Source: Leucoraja ocellata
Taxonomy: Eukaryota
Length of the DNA stretch: 64,000 bases
Direction: 5' to 3'
Assembly: GCA_036785375.1 (NCBI GenBank)
Contig: JAWMAR010000115.1
Coordinates: 4,154,001 to 4,218,000 of the forward strand
Notes under the pieces: model-generated
What the model saw: only the letters and a program-made list of their open reading frames with translations
Databases searched by the model: none
What the model was told of the DNA's origin: nothing
Shown: piece after piece, positions 40,894-51,800 of the stretch
How the letters are laid out: the number at the start of each line of letters is the position of its first letter
How positions within the stretch are numbered: the stretch's first letter is position 1
Translations under genes and position numbers: made by a program

Positions 40894-41093
40894 NNNNNNN
40901 NNNNNNNNNNNNNNNNNNNNNNNNNNNNNNNNNNNNNNNNNNNNNNNNNNNNNNNNNNNNNNNNNNNNNNNNNNNNNNNNNNNNNNNNNNNNNNNNNNNN
41001 NNNNNNNNNNNNNNNNNNNNNNNNNNNNNNNNNNNNNNNNNNNNNNNNNNNNNNNNNNNNNNNNNNNNNNNNNNNNNNNNNNNNNNNNNNNNN
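40894..41093. other. Assembly gap (200 N)
   Basis: Run of 200 n characters. True length unknown. Confidence 0.99.
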
Positions 41094-41739
41094 CAGGGAT
41101 TGGCTGCGAGAAGTGCCAGGGAGTCTGGAACTTGGATACCATTTGCAAGCAAAGAATGGGAAGCCTTGCAAACCCTGTCAATCTGGAACTAAATGCATTG
41201 AATGGATTGGATGGCTGCAAACCAGGCATACATCTTGTAAATAGTTTGTAAATCATGTGGCAGAGTCTGACTCTGCTAAGTGTTGATTGGATGAGGTGTT
41301 GAGCCTTGTCTGAGATTTCTGTTAATCAGGGTAAAGTCTGTTGTGAATACAATGTATTGAACTGTTGTATCATTGGGTTAGGGAAATGCCTGTTATGTGT
41401 GGGGTTAATCAATATCTGTAATTGGGTGATTAAGAGACAACCCCCATGTGGTTCGGCCCTCGAGTTCCCAGGGCATATAAAAGTCCGTGGTCACGAGGCT
41501 CAGGGTCGATCTTCTGGAAGAGCGCTCAGGACCGAGTACCCTTCTGGAGTGCCTCTGTCTGCGCGAGGCATAGAGGGCTTGAACAGATAGATGCAAGGAT
41601 CGAACCTGTGGTGGGATAGGGTACATTGTGTGATATGTGACGTGCTTTTGGTAAAATAAAATCGAGTTGATTCAAGTGCTTGATTCAGTGATTTTACTGA
41701 AACTAGACTGGGGGGATGCTTGGAAACGAGCAATTATCA
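41094..41739 (+). mobile_element. Endogenous retrovirus 5' LTR (5' end lost in gap)
   Basis: Several ATTGG (reverse CCAAT) boxes, TATAAAA at 41476-41482, AATAAA at 41655-41660. Ends ...ttatCA one base before a PBS. Confidence 0.7.
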
Positions 41740-41740
41740 T

Positions 41741-41758
41741 TGGGGGCTTGTGTGGGAT
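41741..41758 (+). other. tRNA-Pro primer binding site
   Basis: tgggggcttgtgtgggat matches the MLV-type tRNA-Pro PBS TGGGGGCTCGTCCGGGAT at 15/18 positions. Two of the three mismatches are CpG-to-TpG changes. Confidence 0.75.
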
Positions 41759-43130
41759 CTCAAAAGACCCCCAAACAAAAGTTTGCGATCAAGGGTGTTG
41801 AGCTGTTTTGATGGCGGGTGCAGAAATCGGCACCACTGTGTGGTTTTTGCGTTGTTTTTCGGCACCTCATGAGTTAGAGCGGATCAAACATTCCTGGGCT
41901 TGGGAATGGGTCTAAACTAGATAATTAGAGCAGAGTCTAGCAAGCACGAGAGAGTGGTTAGCACGCCTTTGGGTTGAAGGCCCATAAAACCAGGCTAGTG
42001 TTAGAGGCCCTGGTCCTTGGTTAGAGGCCTAAATTGGTCATAGTTGGGCAGACTGCAGCTGCCTTTAACGAGAGCCTAGCGTGCTTCATCGGGCGAGGGG
42101 TGGCCCGAGGGTAGACCTGGTATCCGAATTAGGTGGGGTATTCAAGACAGGTCTCATCTTCGACCGGATCGCTGCCGGGAGCATGAATTGGAAAGCTGCG
42201 CTTCGAAAAATGGCATTGATAATTCACAGCACGAAGCGGCAAGGTGCTGGGTCCTCGGCACTCAGCAGAGGGTGTGTCTGTGTGTAGATATCTGAGTCCT
42301 GTGTGACGGACAAGGAATCTTGAAAAGGTACTGAGCTTGGATATAGATTGGCCGGAATACTCTAGTTTGTTCAAGAAAATTTAAATTGAGCAATTTTAGC
42401 TGATTTGAGAGCACGTGTAGTAATAAGACACGCAATACAAATTAGAAGATTGAGTTCTAGTTCAAGTGTTCTAAATTTGCAGCGAAATTTCCAAATACTG
42501 GATTTCATATTGAAGTTCTGTGTAAGGTGGGATTCGAATACCTGTATATAGAATTTCGAAGTTGGTGCATGTCCGTGATCGATTCTGAATAGCGGCTGAT
42601 CAACAGTGAGTAGTAACCCTCTGGTCGATTGTTGATTAGTACCTGATAGCGAAGAGTACCTGAGAGTTGGGAGCCTTCCTACTTGAGGAAAAGTAATGCG
42701 AATAGCGAAGGGTACCCCTAATTCTGTCGAACTTAGAGAGGAGGGATGGAGGTCCCCCTATAGTAGTCCAGTCTTAGCAGAGGGATAGTAACATTCGGGA
42801 GGAAAAGTAATAATTTTAGGGAATAGTACCCCTCAACAAAGAGTAACCTAGGAAAGGGAAAATCTTCGGTATCAGAGGGAGAGGTTCACTGCGTGATACC
42901 AACGTGATGCGGCTTAGAGATCGAATGTTCGTGAATTGTGCGCTAGTGCTTTAAATAATTTTGTTAATTGTAAAAATAGCTTTCTGCATCGTTATCCGGA
43001 TTTTGTAAATATGCTCTGTGTAAATAAATTTAGAGTAATTAAAAGTTAAGATTTAGAATGTGTTTAGTAGTCTGCGGACCGTCATTGTGTTGCTGCTTGT
43101 ACATATTTAAAACTTGAAGTGAGAGTGTGT
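41759..43130 (+). pseudogene. ERV leader and heavily decayed gag-like sequence
   Basis: Follows the PBS. Stop-riddled. A DIDWPEYSSL segment (~42340-42370) resembles the class I matrix WPxxG[ST]F motif. No pol found; 3' boundary uncertain. Confidence 0.35.
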
Positions 43131-43289
43131 TTAAGTTAGATATTCATAGTGTTCAATTTAGATATTGTTCAGGATTGTTTTGTAAATACAAATCGGAGTG
43201 GTTTGATCAGGGGTTGTACTCCTTCGATTGCTCACCCAACCTCTCCACCAATTCCAATATTGCTGGCCGGGGGGGGGGGGGGGGGGGTT

Positions 43290-44954
43290 CTGGAGCGCAA
43301 GCAGCTGCTGTGGGCCGAAGAGACTAGTTTCCAGAGGGCTAGTATGGACATTGTTGGCCAAATGGATTCTTGGGCTGGCAGCTCAGTCACTGAGACCACT
43401 CGCACACACGCGCACACACACACACAAATACATACACACACACACTCACTGACACACACCATGTATATGGCAGTAAACTTTCTTGAATACTAACACGGCT
43501 GAGCGCAGTCTCTGCACTTTGGGGCTTCCGCAGTCAGCGGCACTTCCGCAATCAGCGTGACATCTGCCTTACTGGAAATTACGCAATCAGCGCAACCTGT
43601 CCACTAAGCGAAAGTCACAAAATGAACGGGACTTTTGAACCACACACTGTTGGACCTAATAAAGCATTTATTCCTTCCAAACAGTCAGACCTAAGAAAGC
43701 ATTGCAGTTTCAAGCACAGGCAGGGCAGCAGGCCAAATAACTCATTGTCATTAAGCGCTAACAAATCATTTATTGCAAGTACATTGCAGACTCACAGTTC
43801 AGTTCCCTGGGGGTCGGTGTCCCAATGAGGGGGCGCAGCTCGGGCTGTGGGCGAACTGCCATGTCGCCGTAGCGGCCCAACGGGGAGCGGCTTCTGGTGG
43901 TCCTGATGTCTCTCAGCTCCTGTCCAGGGGGGTGGCCGGAGATGTCAGGACCAACAGGAACCCGCTCCCCGATGCGCTGCTACAGCGACAAGTGGCAGTT
44001 CGCCCACAGCCCGAGCTGCGCCCCCTCATCCGCAACCCGGGTTCCTCTGGAGTTGGAGCGGGGCTGGGCTAGAGTTGCTGCTGGCTGTGAGTCTCTGGGA
44101 TCTCCGTGCTTGCAGTCGGTGTCCCGTTGGTCATGACGTCTCCGGCCACCCCCCTGGACTGGAGCTGAGACTGGGAACTGTACCGCCCTTGCCCCCTCCC
44201 TCTGCAACTGCAAACAACCCCACAGTTCCTAGTCTCAGCTCCTGTACAGGGGGGTGGCCGGAGACGTCACAGCCCGAGCTACACCATCTCATCCGCAACC
44301 CCAAGACCAAGACGTACCTTGCACACCATCAGCTTCTGTCCCTACGGGGAGCGTGTTCCTCTGAAGTTGGAACGGGGCTGGGCTGCTGCTGGCTGTGGTT
44401 CTCTGGGATCTCCGTGCTTGCAGTGGGCCTGGGGGTCGGTGTCCCGTTGGTCCTGACATCCCTGGTGACTGGCACTGACCTGCTGGCATCGCCGACGTGA
44501 AGACAGTGCAAAGGCCCTGCGTCGGTGCAATGGGCGGGGAGCTGGAGAGGGGAGGGAAGGGGTCACGCACATGGCCGGGAAGCAGAGGGGTGTAGGTGGG
44601 GTGAAACTGAAGGGAGCGACAATCTGCTGCTGCCTGCCCGCTGACTTTAAAAAGTTCCCACGCAAGACTCACGATACACTGTGTATCATGATTCCACCGT
44701 GGGAACTTTTTAACTCAGCGGGCAGGCAGCAGCAGATTGTCAATTATTAACCCTCTCGCGCAATATACCCTCACCTCTTTTATGAATGGGGATTTAGTTC
44801 CCCTTTCTTCGAGGACCAACTGGAGGTTCCGCTGTCACCTCTGCGGGCCGCCCTCGGTGAACGTCTTCAAGGACCTTTCTTCAAGGACCGAAAAAATGTC
44901 CGCTATTCGGAGCTTTTCGTTATTTGGAACTTCGGATAAAAGGTTGTGCACCTG
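43290..44954. mobile_element. Non-autonomous DNA-transposon-like composite repeat (Tc1/mariner, Tigger/pogo-like right end)
   Basis: Ends ...cggataaaaggttgtgcacCTG|TA (CAG-type TIR plus TA). The interior is made of GC-rich sub-repeats in direct and inverted orientation. Left TIR not found. Confidence 0.5.
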
Positions 44955-45079
44955 TACTAATATAGGCTGCTGTGCAACCAGAGGAGCCTCCAACCTTCAT
45001 TGGGCCATCCCTCTGTTGTGAGTCAGTTGCCAAACTGCTGATCCTCGTCCTTTCACAGAGCAGCATTTCCTGGATTTAG

Positions 45080-45438
45080 GTTTTGCGAAAACCAAAAACC
45101 GAACTGACTGGGAAATAAACCAGGCAATTACGTGACTGAGCACAGACTTCCTCCAGAAATGGAGGGCGGACTATCCGCGGCCCACCACCCCCTGTCTTGC
45201 GGCTGTGAGGCCGAGTTGAGAAACGCAAGTTTGATGTTCTTTTCTCAACTTGCCTCTAACCATTCAAGGCTTTGATCACTTCCTATTTTGAACTGGGGTT
45301 GCCTCTGTTTGCTCAGCCACATTCAATATCAACGATGAATGAACCATCCGAAAATGAAGAGGAAGTTTGTTTGTTCTGGTTTCATGTGAAACTGCTTTAA
45401 CTGTTCTGTGTAGAGCGGGCCAGAGAAGCTCAGTTTAG
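45080..45438 (+). promoter_or_regulatory. Putative TATA-less leukocyte-type promoter and non-coding exon 1 of the Ig receptor gene
   Basis: ETS/PU.1 sites aagaGGAAgt (45357-45366), cacTTCCtattt (45277-45288) and gacTTCCtc (45145-45153); GC box gagggcgg (~45162); ISRE-like gaaaaccaaaaaccgaact (~45087). Donor TAG|GTATGT at 45438/45439. The ATG exon has its own acceptor, so an upstream exon is expected. Confidence 0.55.
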
Positions 45439-47014
45439 GTATGTCTGTGCTTGGAACTTTGCTGATCTAGTCCCTGAACTTCTTCACCATAAGACAAGTG
45501 AACTGCTAGCAGTCACACTTCATTTCAAAGGGATGTTGTCAATGAAACTGAAAACGGAATCTAAAGATCTTGTAGTTTTTTGACCAAAAAACAGAAAACT
45601 GCAAGGACTAGAGATCTGAAATACAAGCAGGAAATGCCTTGATGGACAGGAGAACTAAAAAGGCTGTAACTGTAGTCCTGGGATATCCTTCAGTCTGAGC
45701 CAAGGGATCCAAAGAGTGGTCATCAATCTGCATTTGGCTTCTCCCAAATGCCCTCATTGTGAACAAAGCCCAGTGTATGCTTAAGGAACAGCATCTCATT
45801 GTCCATCTGGACACAAGCAAGCTTCTGGATTGAACATCAAATTCAATAATTTCAGGTAACTCATGTTTTCTGTTTGCGTCAGAAAGGGCCAGTGTCTTCT
45901 ATAAGTTATCCATCTGTAATATTGACTCTATGTTTTTCTCACTCCTGTAACAATGTTTAATCTGCTGAATATTTCCTATACACCTGACCTGTATTACACA
46001 GCTCATACATATTCCCTTGTTGGTCTTTTTCTAAATTCCCATCTTAAAATGTATTAACTAGATTGGTTCATCATATCAACTTGGTCCTTCCTGCAGAGCA
46101 AAACACAAAAAAAACCTGTCCTGAAATATTGCCTGTCCATTCTGTTCTTAGATGCTGTCTGACTCACTGAGTTCCTCCAGCACTTTATGTTCCGATAAAG
46201 AGTTTAAGACCTAAAACTTTCCTTGTTTTTCTACAGATTCTGTCTGATCATCTTTGTGTTTCTGGTATTTTCTATTTTTTATCTTTTTTTAAAATGTTAT
46301 ACTATTTTGATGTTCCCTATTGCACCATGTATCTCTTCAAACTAATCTGGAAACTCTTACTTCAGTCTGAAGAGGGGTTCTGACCCAAAATGTTGTCTGA
46401 CCATTTCCATCCATAGATCCTAGCTGATCTGCTGGGTTCTTCCAGCAGTTTGCTTTCAGGTCTTATTTATTTGAGTTATTCATCCAATTACACGAGGGGG
46501 TTTCATACAACTAGATGGTTGCATTTATTACTGTTTTTAAGATTTCCTATCCCTTTTCTGATCAAAATTAATGAGTTTAAGTTCATATTTCCCATGTGAT
46601 GCTCTGATGCTTTTTATGGTTTATTGTCTTTCATAGTTCTGCAGCTTCTTTATTTCTTTGACAAATGGTGATGTGCTACTTAGTTAAAAACATCTGGCTG
46701 ATAATCAAAAGGCAGAAGGAACAAAATCTAACATGTAAGGGGCAGTATATAATTGTCAGCATTATCTACAAGCTTTGGTGTGTTATGTTGCCACGAATGG
46801 CATTTTCTTCTACGTAATTAAATACTTTCTGTCATGTTAAGCAGATTCTCAGTGAGTTATTTACAGGAGTTCTATGCCAGGTGAAAGATGAAGGGAGTGT
46901 CCTAATGAAAAACTGTGAGCCAAATTTCCAAAAGATCTCTAAGACGCAAAGTAAATTCTGAATTAAACTAATGTTTAACCGTACAGCAATTATGCAGAAA
47001 AATGTCTCGAACAT

Positions 47015-47440
47015 CATAGAAACATAGAAACATAGAAAATAGGTGCAGGAGTAGGCCATTCGGCCCTTCGAGCCTGCACTGCCATTCAAGATGATCATGG
47101 CTGATCATCCAACTCAGTATCCTGTACCTGCCTTTTCTCCATACCCTTTAGCCACAAGGGTCACATGTAACTCCCTCTTAAATATAGCCAATGAACTGGC
47201 CTCAACTACCTTCTGTGGCAGAGAATTCCAGAGATTCACCACTCTCTGTGTGAAAAATGTTTTTCTCATCTCGGTCCGAAAAGATTTCCCCTCATCCTTA
47301 AACTGTGACCCCTTGTTCTGGACTTCCCCAACATCGGGAACAATCTTCCTGCATCTAGCCTGTACAACCCCTTAAGAATTTTGAAAGTTTCTATAAGATC
47401 CCCCCTCAATCTTCTAAATTCTAACGAGTTTAAGCCGAGT
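47015..47440 (-). mobile_element. CR1 LINE 3' fragment
   Basis: LEFRRLRGDLIETFKILKG..LDAGRLFPMLGKSRTRGHSL, with a (catagaaa)n tail. Confidence 0.88.
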
Positions 47441-48729
47441 ACAAGCGAGTACAATCTTCTAAATTCTAGCGAGTGCATCAAATCTGAATCGATGGTTGCA
47501 AAGGTAGATTGTAGGTTGATGTCTCACATGGAAAGCCTGATCTTCTGGGAAGTATTCAGGCGAAGTTGCATCATCTTTCGTCTGTCCTCTCATCTAAACA
47601 TTAATTACAGGATACTATCTAAAGATGAACAGAGTACTTTGCCAGTTGACCTGGCTGGCACAAATCTTACTAGGTACGCTAGTAGGAAGGAACAGCAGAT
47701 GCTGGTTTATACCGAAGATAGACACAAAGTGCTGGCATATCTCAGCAGCTCAGCGGTGACCCACAGAGTTACTCCGGCACTTTGTGTATAACAACCTGGC
47801 AAAAATAATCAAACTAATTTCTGACAACTTCAATCAGCATTTTGTTTTGGGATATTTGGGCATGTTGAAAGGTGATACAGAAGCATTTCAGGAACACTTG
47901 AGGCAACATTTTACATTGCTCAATCCACAGGTCACTAACCCGAGGGGCAGCTAAAAAAAAGGTCAGACACTTGATGTGTAAAATGTTCAGGAGAGATAGA
48001 ATTTAGTTGCTGTACGGGCATGGAGGTGGAAGCAATCTATTCCTGTACACCAAGGCTTTGTTTTGTTCTGAGATGTACAGAAAAATATCAGAACGAAACT
48101 ATGCTTTCTTGTACATATAGAAAATTGACAGCATGGCAGCACCCATTGGGCTGGATGAGCCTTTTTCATGTCTGCATCCACAGCCAAGGTCAATGTTGGC
48201 TGGCATGGAGGCTACATTTTACCTGCTGGGTTGTTATATCAATTCAGAGTAGAATTCACAATCAACCACTCTGTATCAAGAGCTACATTATGGTGTGACT
48301 GGATATAGACACAGTAGTGACCTCATTTCACAGATTTAGTCTTTTTTTCTTTAAAAGTGTTTCACTGCCATGGTTGTAATTTAAATATATTTAAGCAAAA
48401 AACATGGTAGTGAAACACTTTTAAAGAAGTCTGCTTTTTGTTCATTTTTCCTATAAGAAACAGTAATATTTATTTTAATTCCTGCTTTAGTCAGTTTATT
48501 TTCATAATGAATAGCTTCATCGAAACTTATTATAGGAAGAGGTTTAGTAACTCTGATCTTCCATTTAGAATAAGGAAATAATTTAGCACATCACATTGTT
48601 TTCTTTATTTCAATGTGACATGTTGAACATACTGAGAAATCATACAATTGCAAAAAGGTTTTTTGGCACTGGGTTTACATTATAAATTATTTGTTTCATT
48701 CTTACAGAAAAAAAGACTAAATCTGTGAA

Positions 48730-48814
48730 ATGAGGTCACAACTGCGCAGCAACATACCAGCTACTTTGAAGTTACATTTTTTTTTCCTTCTATTTCCATC
48801 AGTTTTCACCCAAA
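48730..48814 (+). CDS. Signal peptide exon (MRSQLRSNIPATLKLHFFFLLFPSVFTQ)
   Basis: Acceptor ttcattcttacAG (exon starts 48708), aaaATGa start, hydrophobic core LHFFFLLF, phase-1 donor CAAA|GTAAGT. Confidence 0.8.
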
Positions 48815-51800
48815 GTAAGTGTTTTATTTTAACCAGTCAAAATCATATTGTTTTGTTTTATCATTATGTTTAATTAATTTATACACCTGTACTGAGAAAG
48901 CAACTTGGACTTTATTTCTTTATCTCTGCTCTGTTAAATGTCTTAGAAGAACACCACAAGCTAAAACAACTTGCATCTCCATGAAACAAAACGTAGGTAC
49001 TCAGCGGGTCAGTTAGCATTTGAACATGTTGAAAATCTAGCGGCTACCAAAAAGATGCTATGACTCTTTGGGCGACGGAGGAGACTACTCACGACCATAC
49101 AGGCGACACCCTGGTGGCCATGTGGCGACAGCTTAGTCGCCTGTAGTCGTCTAAAAAATAGCCTATGTGGGACAGGCCCTTTACACTTCCACATCTGTGT
49201 CTCCATCTCCGCTGACTCTCAGTCTGAGAAGGATTTCAACCCGAAACGTCACCAATTCCCTCTATCCAGAGATGCTTCCTGTCCCGCTGAGTTACTCCAG
49301 CATTTTGTGTCTATACCAGTATAAACCAGCGTCTGCAGCTCCTTCCCACACAATTAACAGTTAGATACAGGTGAGAGGGGTTTGATTGGTAGATGTATGG
49401 AGTAAGTGATAATGCTTAAAGGTGAAAAGTAGACAAAAGGGTGTCAAATAAAGAGAGAAGCGGAGTGAAATGTCAAGTTGGAGGGAAGGATATTTGCTCA
49501 AGATTCCAACATCTGCAGTTTCATTTTTGTATCTATCTCTTTGTTCATCAACACCATTCCCCACTATGCCTATTAATGAATGGTTTTCCATTGATCCTAC
49601 TGATAATGAAGTTTCATAGTGAAAACAGGATGCTCATTTCAGAATTACATTGAGAACACATCTTGTATTCCACATTTCACTCTTGGGTTGTATGTGGAAT
49701 AGTTTAAAATGTAACCTTAAAATCAAGATTAGAAACTATTGAAATTATTGTTCTACTGCTCCCCAGTAATATAAAGCCTGCAGAGGAGGACTCTTGAGCA
49801 TAACACAAAATTCTGGAAGAATTCTCAATGGGTTATGCAGCATCTGGAGAGGGAATAAACAGACCACTTTTAGAGTCAAGATCACTCATCAGACTTCTTC
49901 TGTTTGAAGAAGGGTCCCGACCGAAAATTACATCTGCCCCTTCCCTCCTCAGATGCTGCCGGACCCCCTGAGTTTCTCCAGCATAATAATAACTATGGGA
50001 TTAAGAAGTTGCTATTACACGTTAAAATGTTTCCATCATTCCTCTTTCTAACAGGAAATCCAAATCATTTTTATTTTTTGGATAAGAAAGGTGACTTTCT
50101 GTTAAAAGGTCCAGGTGGTTTTGGAAATGGCCGCGTGGTCTGGGAATGGAAACCACACACAGAGCAGGAAGTTCAGCTGCTTGGGACATTCCACAATGGG
50201 GGTTGGACCTGGTGGAACGCACAGTGGAAGGATGACAGCAACTTGTACCAAAAGATTGAACGGGATCCTGAAAACATCGACCTGAGAATTAGAAACCCTG
50301 CATTTCAAGTTGCAGGGTTGTTTACCTTGACTCAAACACAGCCGAGCAAGAAAATTCTAAAGCAGTATGAAATATTTGGGATCAAAGGTGAGTGGCAAAA
50401 TTCTTTGGGATCATATGGGTCTCATTAAGTAATTTGATTTTTAAAGATGGGATCGGCAGAGGGATTGGTGAGGGATTGGTCTGAAGAAGGTTCCCTATCT
50501 GAAACGTTGTCAGTCCATTTTCTTCCACAGGTTATCCCTGACCCATTTAATTCGTGTAGAACATTGATTTTTGCTTTATGATTCTTATATTGTCTATTAT
50601 AGAGTAGATTGGTTATCAGTGTTATCAGAGGAAAGATTTTGGACTCAAAGTTCTGTATCACTAATTTAAATCATTTGTACCTCAAAGCATTATAAGAGCA
50701 AGAGTAGGCTCTTTGGCCTTTTGCTCCTGCTTCACCATTCATTGTGATCTTGCTTGATCTACTACCTCAGCACCATTTTTCTAAACTATCCATTGATTCC
50801 CTCATATGCAGAAATCTATTTATCTCTGGTTTTAATGAACTCAATAATCAATGCCACTTTGGGTAGAGAATTGCAAAGATTTAAGTCTCTCTGCGCTACA
50901 GAAATTTCTCCTCATCTTAGCCCCGAAGAGCTCACCTGATTCCTGAATTGAGCATTCTTACAGGGAAAGCAGCCTCCATGCATCCATATTGTCTCGAAAA
51001 AAAATGTAAATTTCAGAGATCCCCCTTTATTCTTTAAATTATAGTGAATACAGGCCTAGCCTACTCAATCTCTTCTCAGCCCTGGAGCGAGTCCAGTGAC
51101 TCCTTGCTGCACTCCTTTTATAGCAAGCATGTCAGTTTATTAAAATTAAGAATTAAAAACTGTACACAATTCTCCAATACCTGTCAAACCTAGAGACTTG
51201 GGTACAATGGTGATTTTAGTTGCTGTCTGTATGGAGTTTGCATATTCTCCCTATGACGGCATGGGGTTCCTCCAGGTGCTCCAGATTCCTCTCACATCCC
51301 ATTGATGTGCGGGTTTGTAGGTTAATAGGACTCTGTAAAAGATAAATAATTATCTTTTACACAAATAAAAACATTTCTTCCATCGAACGTGTCCAAAGAC
51401 ATGCAGCTCGATTTGTTACTAACACCTATGAGAGAGCAGCGAGTGTCACCAAACTTCTGAATTCTCTGGGGTGGAACCCTCTCCAAGACAGACGTGAAGC
51501 TCACCGTTTGACCTGTTTTTACAAAATGTTAAATGGTCAGATGGACATAGACTACAAGACCTACACCAAACCCAAACCAATTAGGAGCAGACGAGGGCAT
51601 TCGATCCAATTTGTGATCCCAGCTACAAAGGCAGATGTGTACAGCAATTCGTTCTTCCCCCGCACAATTAAAGCATGGAATAATCTCCACCCAACTAAAG
51701 TTACCCAACCAGATGCAACTAAATTTAAAGTAGCTCTTTCTTCCCAATAACCCTTCTGGCTTAAGCCTTCCCTTCACCACCTCCAGTTTAAATTCTATTT

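Noticed and set aside
40712-41256. ORFs spanning the N run
   Set aside because: Artefacts of translating the assembly gap.
46636-46670. Possible leader half-exon (FCSFFISLTNG)
   Set aside because: Weak donor, and a complete signal-peptide exon exists at 48730-48814.
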